64,000 nucleotides of DNA, from assembly GCA_043767805.1 (NCBI GenBank), contig JAYUGC010000058.1, positions 1 through 64,000 on the forward strand. Direction: 5' to 3'. The notes below the pieces were generated by a model. That model was not told the DNA's origin and ran no database searches. It saw only the letters and a list, made by a program, of their open reading frames with translations. Source of the stretch: Pseudomonadota bacterium. GTDB lineage: Bacteria; Bdellovibrionota; FAC87; UBA2466. The translations under genes and the position numbers were made by a program. Every line of letters begins with the position of its first letter. The first letter of the stretch is position 1. Of the stretch, positions 54,542-63,669 are shown one piece after another.

Positions 54542-55780
54542 ATGGAAGAGATCACCCAACGACTAGACGAGCCCGCCGTGGATGCCGCGGTTTTGGGATT
54601 AGGTTTGCCGACGGGCGGTGTTTACAAACTGCCCGTGAGACGAATCGCCCGCCGAGGGGCCGTTCTCTCCGACCTGCTTTGTTTTTCGCACCTGAGATGG
54701 GATCTTGCCTCTCAGCGCCCCCAACAGCTCATGCATCGGTTTGCCAAGGAGCGACGGGTGTTCTATTTCGAGTCTCCCGTTTATGACGGGGATGCCCCCC
54801 GCCTCGAGCTGCGCCGGCCGGGCAACGAGCCCCTCTGGATCGTCACGCCGCACCTGTCCTCGTCGGGAGAGTGCTTGTGGCAAGACGCGACCTTGCGGCG
54901 TCTGGTGGACGAGCTGATCAAGGCGCAGTCCGTACGGGATTTCGTCGGCTGGTATTACGATCCGACGGCGCTCGGCTTTACCCGGCACTTGCGCCCGTCC
55001 GCGGTGGTCTACGACTGCGTGGAAGAGTGGGGCGGGTTTTTGGGAGTGAATGAGCGGGAGACCGAGCTGTTTCAGAAGGCCGACCTGGTGTTCACCAGCG
55101 GCCAAAGTCTTTTGGAAGCTAAGCGTAGCCGCCATGCGCGCGTGCACTTCTTCCCCAGTTCTGTGGACACCGAGCATTTCAGGAAGGCGAGGCTTCACCG
55201 CCAGGATCCGAAGGATCAAGCACTGCTTCCGCACCCGCGTCTCGGTTTTTTCGGAGTTCTCGACGACAGGATTGATTTCACTTTGCTGAAATCCGTCGCG
55301 GCGGCCAGGCCCGAGTGGCAGATTATTTTGCTCGGGCCGGTTTGCAAGTCGGCGCCGGAGCCCTTGCCCCGGCTCCACAACATCCACTATCTCGGCGCCC
55401 GGCCGTACTCGGAGCTCCCGGCTTATCTCGGGGGCTGGGACGTCGCTTTGCTTCCCTTCGTGCGCACGCCTATGGCGAAATACATCAGCCCCACGAAGGC
55501 GCCCGAATATCTCGCGGCGGGACGGCCCGTGGTGTCCACTTCCGTTCGCGATGTCACCCGGCCGTACGGGGATCGAGGCTTCGTCTACGTGGCGGATGGC
55601 GCGCGCGATTTCATCCGGGCGGTGGATCGGGCCCTCGAGCTGCGCAGAAACGGAAAGGCCTGGCTCGAGGAAGTGGATGCGTTCCTGAGCTTGAGCTCCT
55701 GGGACCGGACCTGGAAGGAAATGAGAAGCCTCGTCGCTCAAGTCACGCCGGAACCGGCTCGCGCTATCGTGATGTCTTGA
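54542..55780 (+). CDS. GT-B glycosyltransferase
   Basis: CFSHLRWD...QRPQQLM, VYDC, ISPTKAPEYLAAGRPVVST. Confidence 0.88.
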   Translation: MEEITQRLDEPAVDAAVLGLGLPTGGVYKLPVRRIARRGAVLSDLLCFSHLRWDLASQRPQQLMHRFAKERRVFYFESPVYDGDAPRLELRRPGNEPLWIVTPHLSSSGECLWQDATLRRLVDELIKAQSVRDFVGWYYDPTALGFTRHLRPSAVVYDCVEEWGGFLGVNERETELFQKADLVFTSGQSLLEAKRSRHARVHFFPSSVDTEHFRKARLHRQDPKDQALLPHPRLGFFGVLDDRIDFTLLKSVAAARPEWQIILLGPVCKSAPEPLPRLHNIHYLGARPYSELPAYLGGWDVALLPFVRTPMAKYISPTKAPEYLAAGRPVVSTSVRDVTRPYGDRGFVYVADGARDFIRAVDRALELRRNGKAWLEEVDAFLSLSSWDRTWKEMRSLVAQVTPEPARAIVMS

Positions 55781-55846
55781 CGCGTTATAATTGAGCGCCG
55801 AGGCGAGCGCCACTTAAGGTAGAATGGAGGGTAATCCATCCTCTCC

Positions 55847-56887
55847 ATGACTACCCTTTATCCGCTTTCCGAGCTACCCGCCGATCTCAAAGCGAAATGG
55901 GCCAAGCTCGCGCGCGCGAATCCCGGTTTGCCCGGGCCGTGCTTTCACCCGGACTTGTTTTGCGCCGTCGGCCGCGAGTTTAGGGACGCTTATGTCGCGG
56001 TACTGAGCCAAGGCGATAAGCTCGGCTTTCTGCCGTTCTACAAAGACGCTTCCTCGAAGCTCGCCGCTTCCATTCCGATGTGCGACTACCAGGCGGTTAT
56101 CGGAGCGCCCGGCACGCGCTGGAATCTGGACGAAGCTTTGCGCGACCTGGGTCTCGTGGCGTGGGACTTCGAGTATCTCGTGGGCCTATCGGACTTGGAA
56201 TTTGGGAGCGCCTTTCTAAAAAATGGCGGCGCGCCCCGCATCGATCTCCGCCAAGGCACGGACGCTTACTTCAAGCAGATGCTTTCCCGTGACGTTTCTC
56301 TGAGAAACCTCATGCTCAAGCGCGATAAGCTACAGAAGAAGCACGGCGAAATCCGCTTCGTGCAGGAAGAGGCCGGCTCCGCCCTCATCGATACCATCCT
56401 CGCCTGGAAGGCGAAGCGGTTTAACGACGGAAAACCCATCGACCCCAGAGTAAAGCGCGTGCTCGAGACTTTGAAAGTGGGCGATGAGGTGGCCGGGATT
56501 ACGTCGGGGCTCTACGCGGGAGACGCGCTCGTCGCCGCGCATTTCGGCATTCGCTTGGACGGCATTCTCCATTACTGGTTTCCCGGCTTTAACCCCGAGT
56601 TCGGCCGCTTCACGCCCGGGCATCTGCTCGTCTATGAGCTCTTGATGAATCTCGAGGGCATGGGCTGTAAGATTCTCGACTTCGGTCCCGGCGGCGAAGC
56701 GTACAAACAATATTTCTGTAATGACTCGCTTCCGGTGACGAGCGGAGGCATCGAGCTTTTCTCCCGCTTCACGCTCGCGCGTAGGTGCCGCCGGAATCTG
56801 GAGAGCGCGGTGCGATCCACGGGCTGGCTCTACAAGGGAGTGCAACCCATCGTCCGCAAGCTGCGCAACTTGAAAACGCGTCCTTGA
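55847..56887 (+). CDS. CelD/BcsL-like GNAT acetyltransferase
   Basis: CDYQAVI, LVAAHFG, WFPGFNPEFGRFTPG, DFGPGGEAYK. Confidence 0.85.
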   Translation: MTTLYPLSELPADLKAKWAKLARANPGLPGPCFHPDLFCAVGREFRDAYVAVLSQGDKLGFLPFYKDASSKLAASIPMCDYQAVIGAPGTRWNLDEALRDLGLVAWDFEYLVGLSDLEFGSAFLKNGGAPRIDLRQGTDAYFKQMLSRDVSLRNLMLKRDKLQKKHGEIRFVQEEAGSALIDTILAWKAKRFNDGKPIDPRVKRVLETLKVGDEVAGITSGLYAGDALVAAHFGIRLDGILHYWFPGFNPEFGRFTPGHLLVYELLMNLEGMGCKILDFGPGGEAYKQYFCNDSLPVTSGGIELFSRFTLARRCRRNLESAVRSTGWLYKGVQPIVRKLRNLKTRP

Positions 56888-56889
56888 AC

Positions 56890-57795
56890 ATGCTGGCTTG
56901 GCTTAAGAAAAAACTCCGCTTTCACCCGCGCGCTTTTCTCCATGCCTTTTTGACCTACCCTCGTTTCCTGGGCCGCATCAAGCCCGAGCTCATGACGGGC
57001 CGCGAGGAAGAGATCCGCGTCCGGCTCTTGTCACTCGGCTCGCGCTGGGAGCCGGCCAATTTGTCGGTTCCCGTCGGCCGTCGTTTGCTCGTGATAGCGC
57101 CTCATGCCGACGACGAGGCCATCGGCGTGGGCGGCCTGCTGCTCGCCCACCGCGGGCAGGCCGAAGTGCACATCGTCAACGTGTTCAACGGCGAGGGCGG
57201 AGGCCGACTTTCGGGGCGCGCGCGCGAAGAGACGGACAGCTACAAAGGCGAGCTCGTCGAAGCGCGCAAAAAAGAGCTGGGACGGGTGGCGGCAAAGATC
57301 GGAGCGGCGTCGGTCACTCATCTCGGGCTTCGGGACGGCCAAGGGCTTCCCTCGGCGGAGGCGGTTCGCCGGTTGAAGGATATCATCGACAAAATTAAGC
57401 CCGACGTGGTGCTGCTACCGTGGTTCCTGGACAATCAGCGGGACCATAAGGTGGCCAACCTTTTATACGCGTCGGCCTGCGCGGAGTATGATTGTCTGGT
57501 TTTGGGGTTCGAGATTTGGACACTGTGCCATCCGAACGCACATTTCGATATTACTGATTGGCTGGATGAAAAAGTGAAACTGGTGAGCGAGTACCAAACG
57601 CAAACCGCCGACATCGATTACGCCGGCTACGCGCGCGGCCTCGGGGCGACTCGGGGCTTTCTCCAGAATGTCCGCAACGGGCGTGGCGCCGCCGAAGCTT
57701 TATTCGCGGTTCCGGGCCCCGACTATTGCGAGATCGTGCACTCCTTGTTCGGCACCCTCGCGAACTTGACTCCGACGGGGCGGGCCCTTTCTTGA
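56890..57795 (+). CDS. PIG-L/LmbE-family de-N-acetylase
   Basis: VIAPHADDE, R..E, LGLRDG, DH, YQTQ. Confidence 0.88.
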   Translation: MLAWLKKKLRFHPRAFLHAFLTYPRFLGRIKPELMTGREEEIRVRLLSLGSRWEPANLSVPVGRRLLVIAPHADDEAIGVGGLLLAHRGQAEVHIVNVFNGEGGGRLSGRAREETDSYKGELVEARKKELGRVAAKIGAASVTHLGLRDGQGLPSAEAVRRLKDIIDKIKPDVVLLPWFLDNQRDHKVANLLYASACAEYDCLVLGFEIWTLCHPNAHFDITDWLDEKVKLVSEYQTQTADIDYAGYARGLGATRGFLQNVRNGRGAAEALFAVPGPDYCEIVHSLFGTLANLTPTGRALS

Positions 57796-58394
57796 GCGAC
57801 AGAAATGTCATCTACCGCGGGCTTCGGTTCTTCAGAAGCCGCTTTCGCAAAGCGATGAAGCTCAGAGCGGTGATTTTTTTCGAAAGCGCGCCGGCCGCCC
57901 ACCGCCCGAAGTTCGAGGGTAAGTTCATCGAGGTCGATCACGAACAGTTCGATAAGTGGGTGTGGACTATCCACTATTTTCCCTGGCCCAACCCGAAAAT
58001 TTCGCATCAGCGGTTAAACGAGAACACCAAGCTCTACGCGCTGATAGAAGGCGACATTCCCGTTTGTCTGGGCTGGGTAACCCGGTCGAGTACGTTTCCT
58101 CTGGGAGAGCTGGAGGGGAAGTGCGATTTCGATCCGCCGACGGACATGATTTGGGATTGCGTGACGCTCGCCAACGAGCGCCGCAAGGGGCACTTCACCC
58201 GTTTCTTGACAGGGCTGCAGGCGCGTTTTCCGCAGACGACTTTCAGCATTTTTTGCCTGCCCGACAATCACGCCTCCGCGGGCTCGATCCGCAAGGCCGG
58301 CTTTCGCCCCTGGAGCTTCGTCCGCGTCTCGCGCTTCGGCACGAAGGTGAAGATGTTCTCGGCTAGCGGCGGCCGCATCTCGTTTCACTTTTGA
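57792..58394 (+). CDS. GNAT-family acetyltransferase
   Basis: IWDCVTLANERRKG, DNHAS..SIRKAGF; TTGA overlap with the upstream stop. Confidence 0.75.
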   Translation: MSDRNVIYRGLRFFRSRFRKAMKLRAVIFFESAPAAHRPKFEGKFIEVDHEQFDKWVWTIHYFPWPNPKISHQRLNENTKLYALIEGDIPVCLGWVTRSSTFPLGELEGKCDFDPPTDMIWDCVTLANERRKGHFTRFLTGLQARFPQTTFSIFCLPDNHASAGSIRKAGFRPWSFVRVSRFGTKVKMFSASGGRISFHF

Positions 58395-59464
58395 TTTAGC
58401 GAGTGGAGCGCGGCTTTCAACGGGCCTTCGAAGGCGCTCGTCGCGAATCGCTTTGCTTCGCGCGTTTGGGCTTGGGCGAGCGCTTCCCGCAACGGGATCT
58501 CGGTCAGAACGCGGTGGAGGGCGGCTGCCGCGGCAACCGGATCGCGGTTATCGATGAGTAATCCACCGTTGCCGAGAGTTTCCGGGACGGCCGCCGCGTT
58601 TAGGGCCACGATGGGCGTGCGCGCCTGCATGGCCTCCACCAAGGGGACGCAAAAGCCTTCATGCTCGGACAGAGAGAGGAGGGCGCCGGACGTGCGGTAA
58701 TATTGAACGAGGGAGCTATCGGAAACCACGCCTTTGAGAACGACCGCGTTCTTTACCTCATTCTCGAGGATGGTGGCTTTCACGCTCTCCACGTACCTGT
58801 CATCGCCTCTCAAACTTCCCAAGACGGTGAGCGTCGCGCTCGGCATCGTCTTTCGAAGCTCGGCGAGAGTGAGCACGGCTTCGCGGATGCCTTTATGGGG
58901 AACGACCCGTCCCACTACTAAAAGAGTCGGTCCAGTCCTTACTCTTTCTCCGGGCGTAATGTCTCGGTGCCAGCTTAGGTAGGGAAGCCGGAGGACGTTT
59001 TTGGCGCCTAAAGCGCGCAGCTCGCGGCATGTGTACTCGGAGATCGAGACCTGGAGATCGGAGCCTTCGATGAGGCTCTTAAGTTGCTCTCGTCCCCAGT
59101 CCTGATCGCGTTTGGCCGAGCCGGATAGTCCCGGAAGGTCGGAGGGCGTAATGTTTTGGTAGAGGAGCACTTTGGTTTTGGCGGGCCAGGACAGAAAGCG
59201 ATCGGCTACTACGGTGCCGATGGAGTGCTGATACACGTTGACGTCGGGGGCGGGAGCGCCGGCCCACGGAGGTGTCGCGTTTTTAAGTCCTTTGCGCAAA
59301 GGGCCCGCGCGCCAAGGCCCGAAGTGAAAGCTCTGTTGGCGCTCGGTGAAGATTGCCGTCTCTTTTTCCCAACGCCTGAAGAGCGCCTCCATCGCCCAAG
59401 CCATGCGGCCCACGGCATCGTGCTGTCTGGCGTGTGGCACCATCTGGTAATAGCGTTCAGCCAA
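58385..59464 (-). CDS. GT4 glycosyltransferase
   Basis: DAVG, VGRVVPHKG, SEHEGFCVPLVEAM. Confidence 0.9.
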   Translation of the reverse strand: MAERYYQMVPHARQHDAVGRMAWAMEALFRRWEKETAIFTERQQSFHFGPWRAGPLRKGLKNATPPWAGAPAPDVNVYQHSIGTVVADRFLSWPAKTKVLLYQNITPSDLPGLSGSAKRDQDWGREQLKSLIEGSDLQVSISEYTCRELRALGAKNVLRLPYLSWHRDITPGERVRTGPTLLVVGRVVPHKGIREAVLTLAELRKTMPSATLTVLGSLRGDDRYVESVKATILENEVKNAVVLKGVVSDSSLVQYYRTSGALLSLSEHEGFCVPLVEAMQARTPIVALNAAAVPETLGNGGLLIDNRDPVAAAAALHRVLTEIPLREALAQAQTREAKRFATSAFEGPLKAALHSLNQK

Positions 59465-60020
59465 GCCAGGGCTCCTCGTTGGAAAGTACCAAAGCGTTCA
59501 AGATAGAATCTCGCCAAGCGCCGTTAAGATACAAATAGGAACGGGCGAAGCCTTCGCGCTCGAAGCCCAGTTTCTTCAGAAGCTTCTCGCTACGAATATT
59601 TTCCGGCATGTGATTGGCTTGAAGGCGGTGGAGGCGGAGCTCATGGCGCGAGTACGCAATGATCTCCCGCAAGGCTTCCGCCATGAGGCCTCGGCCCCAA
59701 TGCTCGGCATCTAGAGAATAGCCGAGGTAGCAAGCTTGAAAATAGCGGCGAAAGATTTGCGAAAGGTTAACCATTCCCACGACGGTATCGTCGGGAAACT
59801 TCAAGACGAAGCGCATCGCCGTGAGGGGCTCGAGCTCTTTCAAGGCGCCCTTCGTGGCCTTTTCCCAATGCTCGACTGAGTAGTACTCGGATCCTTGAGT
59901 GGGCTCGGTGAAGGCAAAGGACTCGCGGTTACGCGTGACATAGGCGGCAATCGATTTCGGCTCAACATTACTCAAATGCGAAATCCGGAGCCGCTCCGTA
60001 TGCAGGGAAGGGACTTTCAA
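59457..60020 (-). CDS. RimJ-like GNAT N-acetyltransferase
   Basis: LHTERL, CYLGYSLD..HWGRGLM.EAL, ANHMPENIRS..LL.KLGF..EG; start moved to TTG 60020. Confidence 0.88.
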   Translation of the reverse strand: MKVPSLHTERLRISHLSNVEPKSIAAYVTRNRESFAFTEPTQGSEYYSVEHWEKATKGALKELEPLTAMRFVLKFPDDTVVGMVNLSQIFRRYFQACYLGYSLDAEHWGRGLMAEALREIIAYSRHELRLHRLQANHMPENIRSEKLLKKLGFEREGFARSYLYLNGAWRDSILNALVLSNEEPWLG

Positions 60021-60445
60021 GCGAGAACTGCTTTCTTGAAAGCGAGGGCGCGCGGAGCCCAGCCGTTCTTCTCGTAAAAGCGGATGCCTCGCTCGTTCGC
60101 GATCCCCGTGCAAAGGCGAAGTCCCGCGAGCCCGCGTGTGGCCGCTTCCGCTTCCGCCCACGCGAGGATCTCGGCGCCGAGTCCCGATGAGCGGTGGCTT
60201 TCCTCCACGACGAGATCGTCCAGATAGAGGTGCGAGCCGTGTACGAAATCCGTAATGACGCGAAATCCCAGAACGGCGACGCAAGTGTCTCCCTCGAACC
60301 AGCCTCTCAGCTCGTACGCGCTCTGGGCGCGGGCTAGCTCATACACGGCGAGGAAAGTTTTCCAATCGAGCTCGGTGCGGAGTTGCCGCAGGAGGGCAAA
60401 GGCGATTTCGAGATCAGCGGGAGAACTGAGGCTACGATTGAGCAT
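60017..60445 (-). CDS. GNAT-family acetyltransferase
   Basis: LYLDDLVV..HRSSGLG, N..GIRFYEKNG. Confidence 0.88.
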   Translation of the reverse strand: MLNRSLSSPADLEIAFALLRQLRTELDWKTFLAVYELARAQSAYELRGWFEGDTCVAVLGFRVITDFVHGSHLYLDDLVVEESHRSSGLGAEILAWAEAEAATRGLAGLRLCTGIANERGIRFYEKNGWAPRALAFKKAVLA

Positions 60446-60482
60446 GTTTTAGGTTTACCGCCTTCGGCGGGGAGAGGCAAAC

Positions 60483-61196
60483 CTAGTGGGTACGGGCCAG
60501 CGCGCGATTAAGGAGATCGCACGGCTGCCAAGCGTGGGAGAGGCCTGACTTTTCGGCCGCTCTGTAAAAACCGGGCATGCTGCCTCTCGAAGGAAGAAAG
60601 GAGAGATCCACACCGGTACCCATAAAAACTTCCAGCACGGCGGAGGCGCAGTTGTAACTGTTCTCGTCGAAACTCTGGGATCGCATCGGGCTGAACTGAT
60701 AGCGGGTGTGTCCCATCTGCAGCCGGCGCATGTTATTTAGGAGAATTTCCAGCTGAGCGTCGGTGAGCTCGAGAGCAATGGAACGGGTCGGGAGAGAGGG
60801 GTGATTGATCCCATCCAAGGCCCACATTTCATTATTCTGAAAAGCGCCCGGCAAAGTTTTCCACTTCTGAGCCGGAACGTCGTAGTTGGACATGTAGGCG
60901 AGTCGTTCGTCCGGCGTCATATTCGCGGCCGGCTCGTTAGAAGATAGCTCTCCTTCGAGTTGAGGTGTCCATCCGTACACCGTGGCGCCGAGACCAAATT
61001 TGTAGGGCGGAAGCCGAATGGCGACGTGACCAGCGGCGGCCAAAGGATCTTTTTTGAAGCTGGGAAGATCCGTGCTGTAGAGGACACTGCCGGGGACCGT
61101 GCTCAGGCTCTGACGATAGAGAATCTCGATATGAGGCGCGAAGCTTTTCGGCGAAATCCAGAGAAGCGCCGAAATGAGCACTAGCCGAAAACCCAT
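60483..61196 (-). CDS. Secreted hypothetical protein (possible permuted papain-like fold)
   Basis: Signal peptide; GHVAI...YGWTP and SYNCAS motifs. Confidence 0.55.
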   Translation of the reverse strand: MGFRLVLISALLWISPKSFAPHIEILYRQSLSTVPGSVLYSTDLPSFKKDPLAAAGHVAIRLPPYKFGLGATVYGWTPQLEGELSSNEPAANMTPDERLAYMSNYDVPAQKWKTLPGAFQNNEMWALDGINHPSLPTRSIALELTDAQLEILLNNMRRLQMGHTRYQFSPMRSQSFDENSYNCASAVLEVFMGTGVDLSFLPSRGSMPGFYRAAEKSGLSHAWQPCDLLNRALARTH

Positions 61197-61257
61197 TAGG
61201 TTAAGGATAGCACCTAACGGGTGGGCTTCGAAGTAGGTCGTCACTAAGCGCTTGGAG

Positions 61258-62472
61258 TTACTGGGGCTTTAGCTCGGCGACTTCGCTCGCCAGCCCGCGG
61301 TTGGAGGCCGGCCTAATCCCCAATATCGACGTCATGAGAGCGTAGAGACTGACGTTGTGGATAGGTCCGACGTCGGTACCGGGCTCAAACGCCGGTCCGG
61401 AAGCGAAGAAGATCCCGTGCATATTGGGGATGTCGGGCAGATAGCCGTGAGCGCCTTTGGTGGTCTCGCTCCCATGCTTGCCGCCGGGAGGGACGAGGTA
61501 CCAGCCCTCGTCCGCGATGATGACCCGGTCGCCGATGCGCGGGCTCTTTTGATAGTGGAGCGAGGCGGGCAGGTCCTGCTTGCGAAAGACTCTCAAGCCG
61601 GGCTGGCGAAGTTTCTTTTCGACGGACGCCAGCTCTCTCTCTTTTCCGAAGAGATGGACGACCGCTCCGTAGCCCGAGATCTCTAATTTGGCTTTGCCGA
61701 GCGCGGGCTCGAGTTTCACGAAATGATCGGGGGCGACCGGCGTCATGCCGTGATCGGAAACGAAAAGGACGTTCAGCTGATTGTCCCAGCCGTGCGCTTT
61801 CAGCTCGGTTCTCAAAATGCCGATCGCGTCGTCGATTTGCAGGATGGCTTTGCCCACTTCCGGAGAATCGGGGCCAAAGCGGTGGCCCGCGCCGTCCACG
61901 TGCTCGAAATAGAGAGTCAGGAAGCGCGGGCGTTCCTTCGTGGGAAGCTCGAGCCAGCTGATGATTTGGCGGACGCGGGCTTCCGGCGAGACGGAGCCGT
62001 CGTACTCGCGGTAAAGGCTCGGGCGGCGGCCGCCGATGGCGGCGTTGGCGCCGACCCAAAAAACGGTGCCCGCGAGGACGCCTTGCTTTTCGGCCGTGCT
62101 CCAAATGGGCTCGCCTAGCCACCATTTGGGCTCGTCCGCGCTCTTCGGGTTTTTGTACTCGAAGCGTTTGCCGTCGGTGGGATCGAACATTTCGTTGCCG
62201 ACGATGCCGTGATCCTCGGCGTAAAGCCCAGTCACGATGCTGTAGTGGTTAGGGAAGGTGGCCGTCGGGAAGACGGGGAGGAGCCTCTCGGCGCGTCGGC
62301 TGATTTTACGATAGGCCGCGAGGTTGGGACTCGGGTATTTCGTCCCATAATCCCAGCGATAGCCGTCTATGGAAATGAGCAGAACCGAGGGCGCTAGCCG
62401 GTCCGCCACTTTCGGGGGCAAGCTAGTGCACGCCGTTAGAACGAGGGCCAACCAAATTGTGGGGTATTTCAC
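61258..62472 (-). CDS. Ectonucleotide pyrophosphatase/phosphodiesterase-family lipoprotein
   Basis: Lipobox LTAC; ISIDG, FPTATFPNHYSIVTG, GHRFGP, SDHGM, GAHGY. Confidence 0.92.
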   Translation of the reverse strand: MKYPTIWLALVLTACTSLPPKVADRLAPSVLLISIDGYRWDYGTKYPSPNLAAYRKISRRAERLLPVFPTATFPNHYSIVTGLYAEDHGIVGNEMFDPTDGKRFEYKNPKSADEPKWWLGEPIWSTAEKQGVLAGTVFWVGANAAIGGRRPSLYREYDGSVSPEARVRQIISWLELPTKERPRFLTLYFEHVDGAGHRFGPDSPEVGKAILQIDDAIGILRTELKAHGWDNQLNVLFVSDHGMTPVAPDHFVKLEPALGKAKLEISGYGAVVHLFGKERELASVEKKLRQPGLRVFRKQDLPASLHYQKSPRIGDRVIIADEGWYLVPPGGKHGSETTKGAHGYLPDIPNMHGIFFASGPAFEPGTDVGPIHNVSLYALMTSILGIRPASNRGLASEVAELKPQ

Positions 62473-62538
62473 AGAGCCAATTGTCTGATGAGAACCTCAA
62501 AAGGTCGAGAGTGCGACCAGAACTTAAGTTATACGACA

Positions 62539-62748
62539 TTCCCGCGCTCGGCGCGTTCGATCCGGGACGTCACGGGTTGCTGGATGCTGGTATGAGGTAG
62601 GTTATCTTGATCTTTTCCTGCCACACTCCTCGTTGTCGTAGCGCCCTCGTTAACGAGAAATCCGAGAGGGGGAGATCAAAATAGCCTACGTCGTACCAGC
62701 ATCCAGCAACCCGTGACGTCCCGGATCGGACGCGCGCCAGCGCGGGGG
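62539..62748 (+). repeat. Long imperfect inverted repeat (~80-bp arms, 47-nt loop)
   Basis: 35-bp perfect core 62558-62592 / 62694-62728, extended on both sides largely by T-G pairs. Confidence 0.9.
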
Positions 62749-62829
62749 CCCTCGACTATTAAATTTCCTTAAAACAGCGCGGCGTGGGTTGCGCCGCCGC
62801 GGCCTTGTCCCTATTCTTGGCACGCCATC

Positions 62830-63669
62830 ATGACTGGAATCGTCGTACAAAATATCAAGGGTGGAGTCGGAAAAACCACGACCACGCTGCATCTCGCGGC
62901 CGATATCGTCCGGCGGCGGCCCAAAGCGAAGGTCCTCATCATCGACTGCGATCAGCAGGCCTCGATGCGGACTTATTTCCGCGATAAACTCGAGGACGCC
63001 CAAGGCGATCTCTTCGACTTTCTCATCGAAGGCAAAGATTTCCGGACTTGTCTCGGCCGCGTTTCGCTCCTTCCTGACGGCCAAGGCGTCGTCCATGTGA
63101 TGCCGTCCTCTAAGCGCCTGGCCGATGTCGAAATCCGCCTCTCTACGCTCCCGCGCCGGGAGGAGACTCTTCGCCGGCGGCTCCGGGAAGACGGGGTGGG
63201 CCGTGAGTACGATTACTTGATTTTCGATTGCCCGCCGACGTTGAATCTCCTGACTTATAACGTCGCGGTGGTCTGCAGCTATCAGATCATCCCCTGCAAT
63301 ATGGATTATCTGTCTCTGGTGGGCGTACAATCGATTCTGGAAAACCTCGCCATGGTGGAAAAATATTTCGGCCGTAAACCCCATGTCCTCGGCATCCTGC
63401 CGACCTTTTTCGACGGGCGCTCGACCGTGGCGAAAGCCGTTCGTCAGAGCCTCGAAGAGACGTTTCAAAAGATTCACCCCATTTTGGAGCCCATTCGCCT
63501 GGACTCTGGGCTGAAGAAAGCCCAAATCCGCAAAGAGACGCTCTATCAATTCGATCCCAGCTCCCGGGCCGTAGAAGATTACAGTCGGCTGGGCGAAGCG
63601 GTCCTCGACGCCATCGATGGACACCGCAGCTCGTACGAGACCCGAGTCGCCGAGGAAGTCAGATTATGA
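62830..63669 (+). CDS. parA: ParA/Soj-family ATPase
   Basis: KGGVGKTT deviant Walker A, IDCDQQ, DCPP, ILPTFFD.R. Confidence 0.92.
   Translation: MTGIVVQNIKGGVGKTTTTLHLAADIVRRRPKAKVLIIDCDQQASMRTYFRDKLEDAQGDLFDFLIEGKDFRTCLGRVSLLPDGQGVVHVMPSSKRLADVEIRLSTLPRREETLRRRLREDGVGREYDYLIFDCPPTLNLLTYNVAVVCSYQIIPCNMDYLSLVGVQSILENLAMVEKYFGRKPHVLGILPTFFDGRSTVAKAVRQSLEETFQKIHPILEPIRLDSGLKKAQIRKETLYQFDPSSRAVEDYSRLGEAVLDAIDGHRSSYETRVAEEVRL

Noticed and set aside
62481..62540. Hammerhead-like CTGATGAG-stem-CGAGA just before the long hairpin
   Set aside because: The core reads GAGA rather than GAAA, and convincing stems I and III cannot be built
62818..62834. TGGCAC upstream of parA as a sigma-54 site
   Set aside because: No GC at the -12 position
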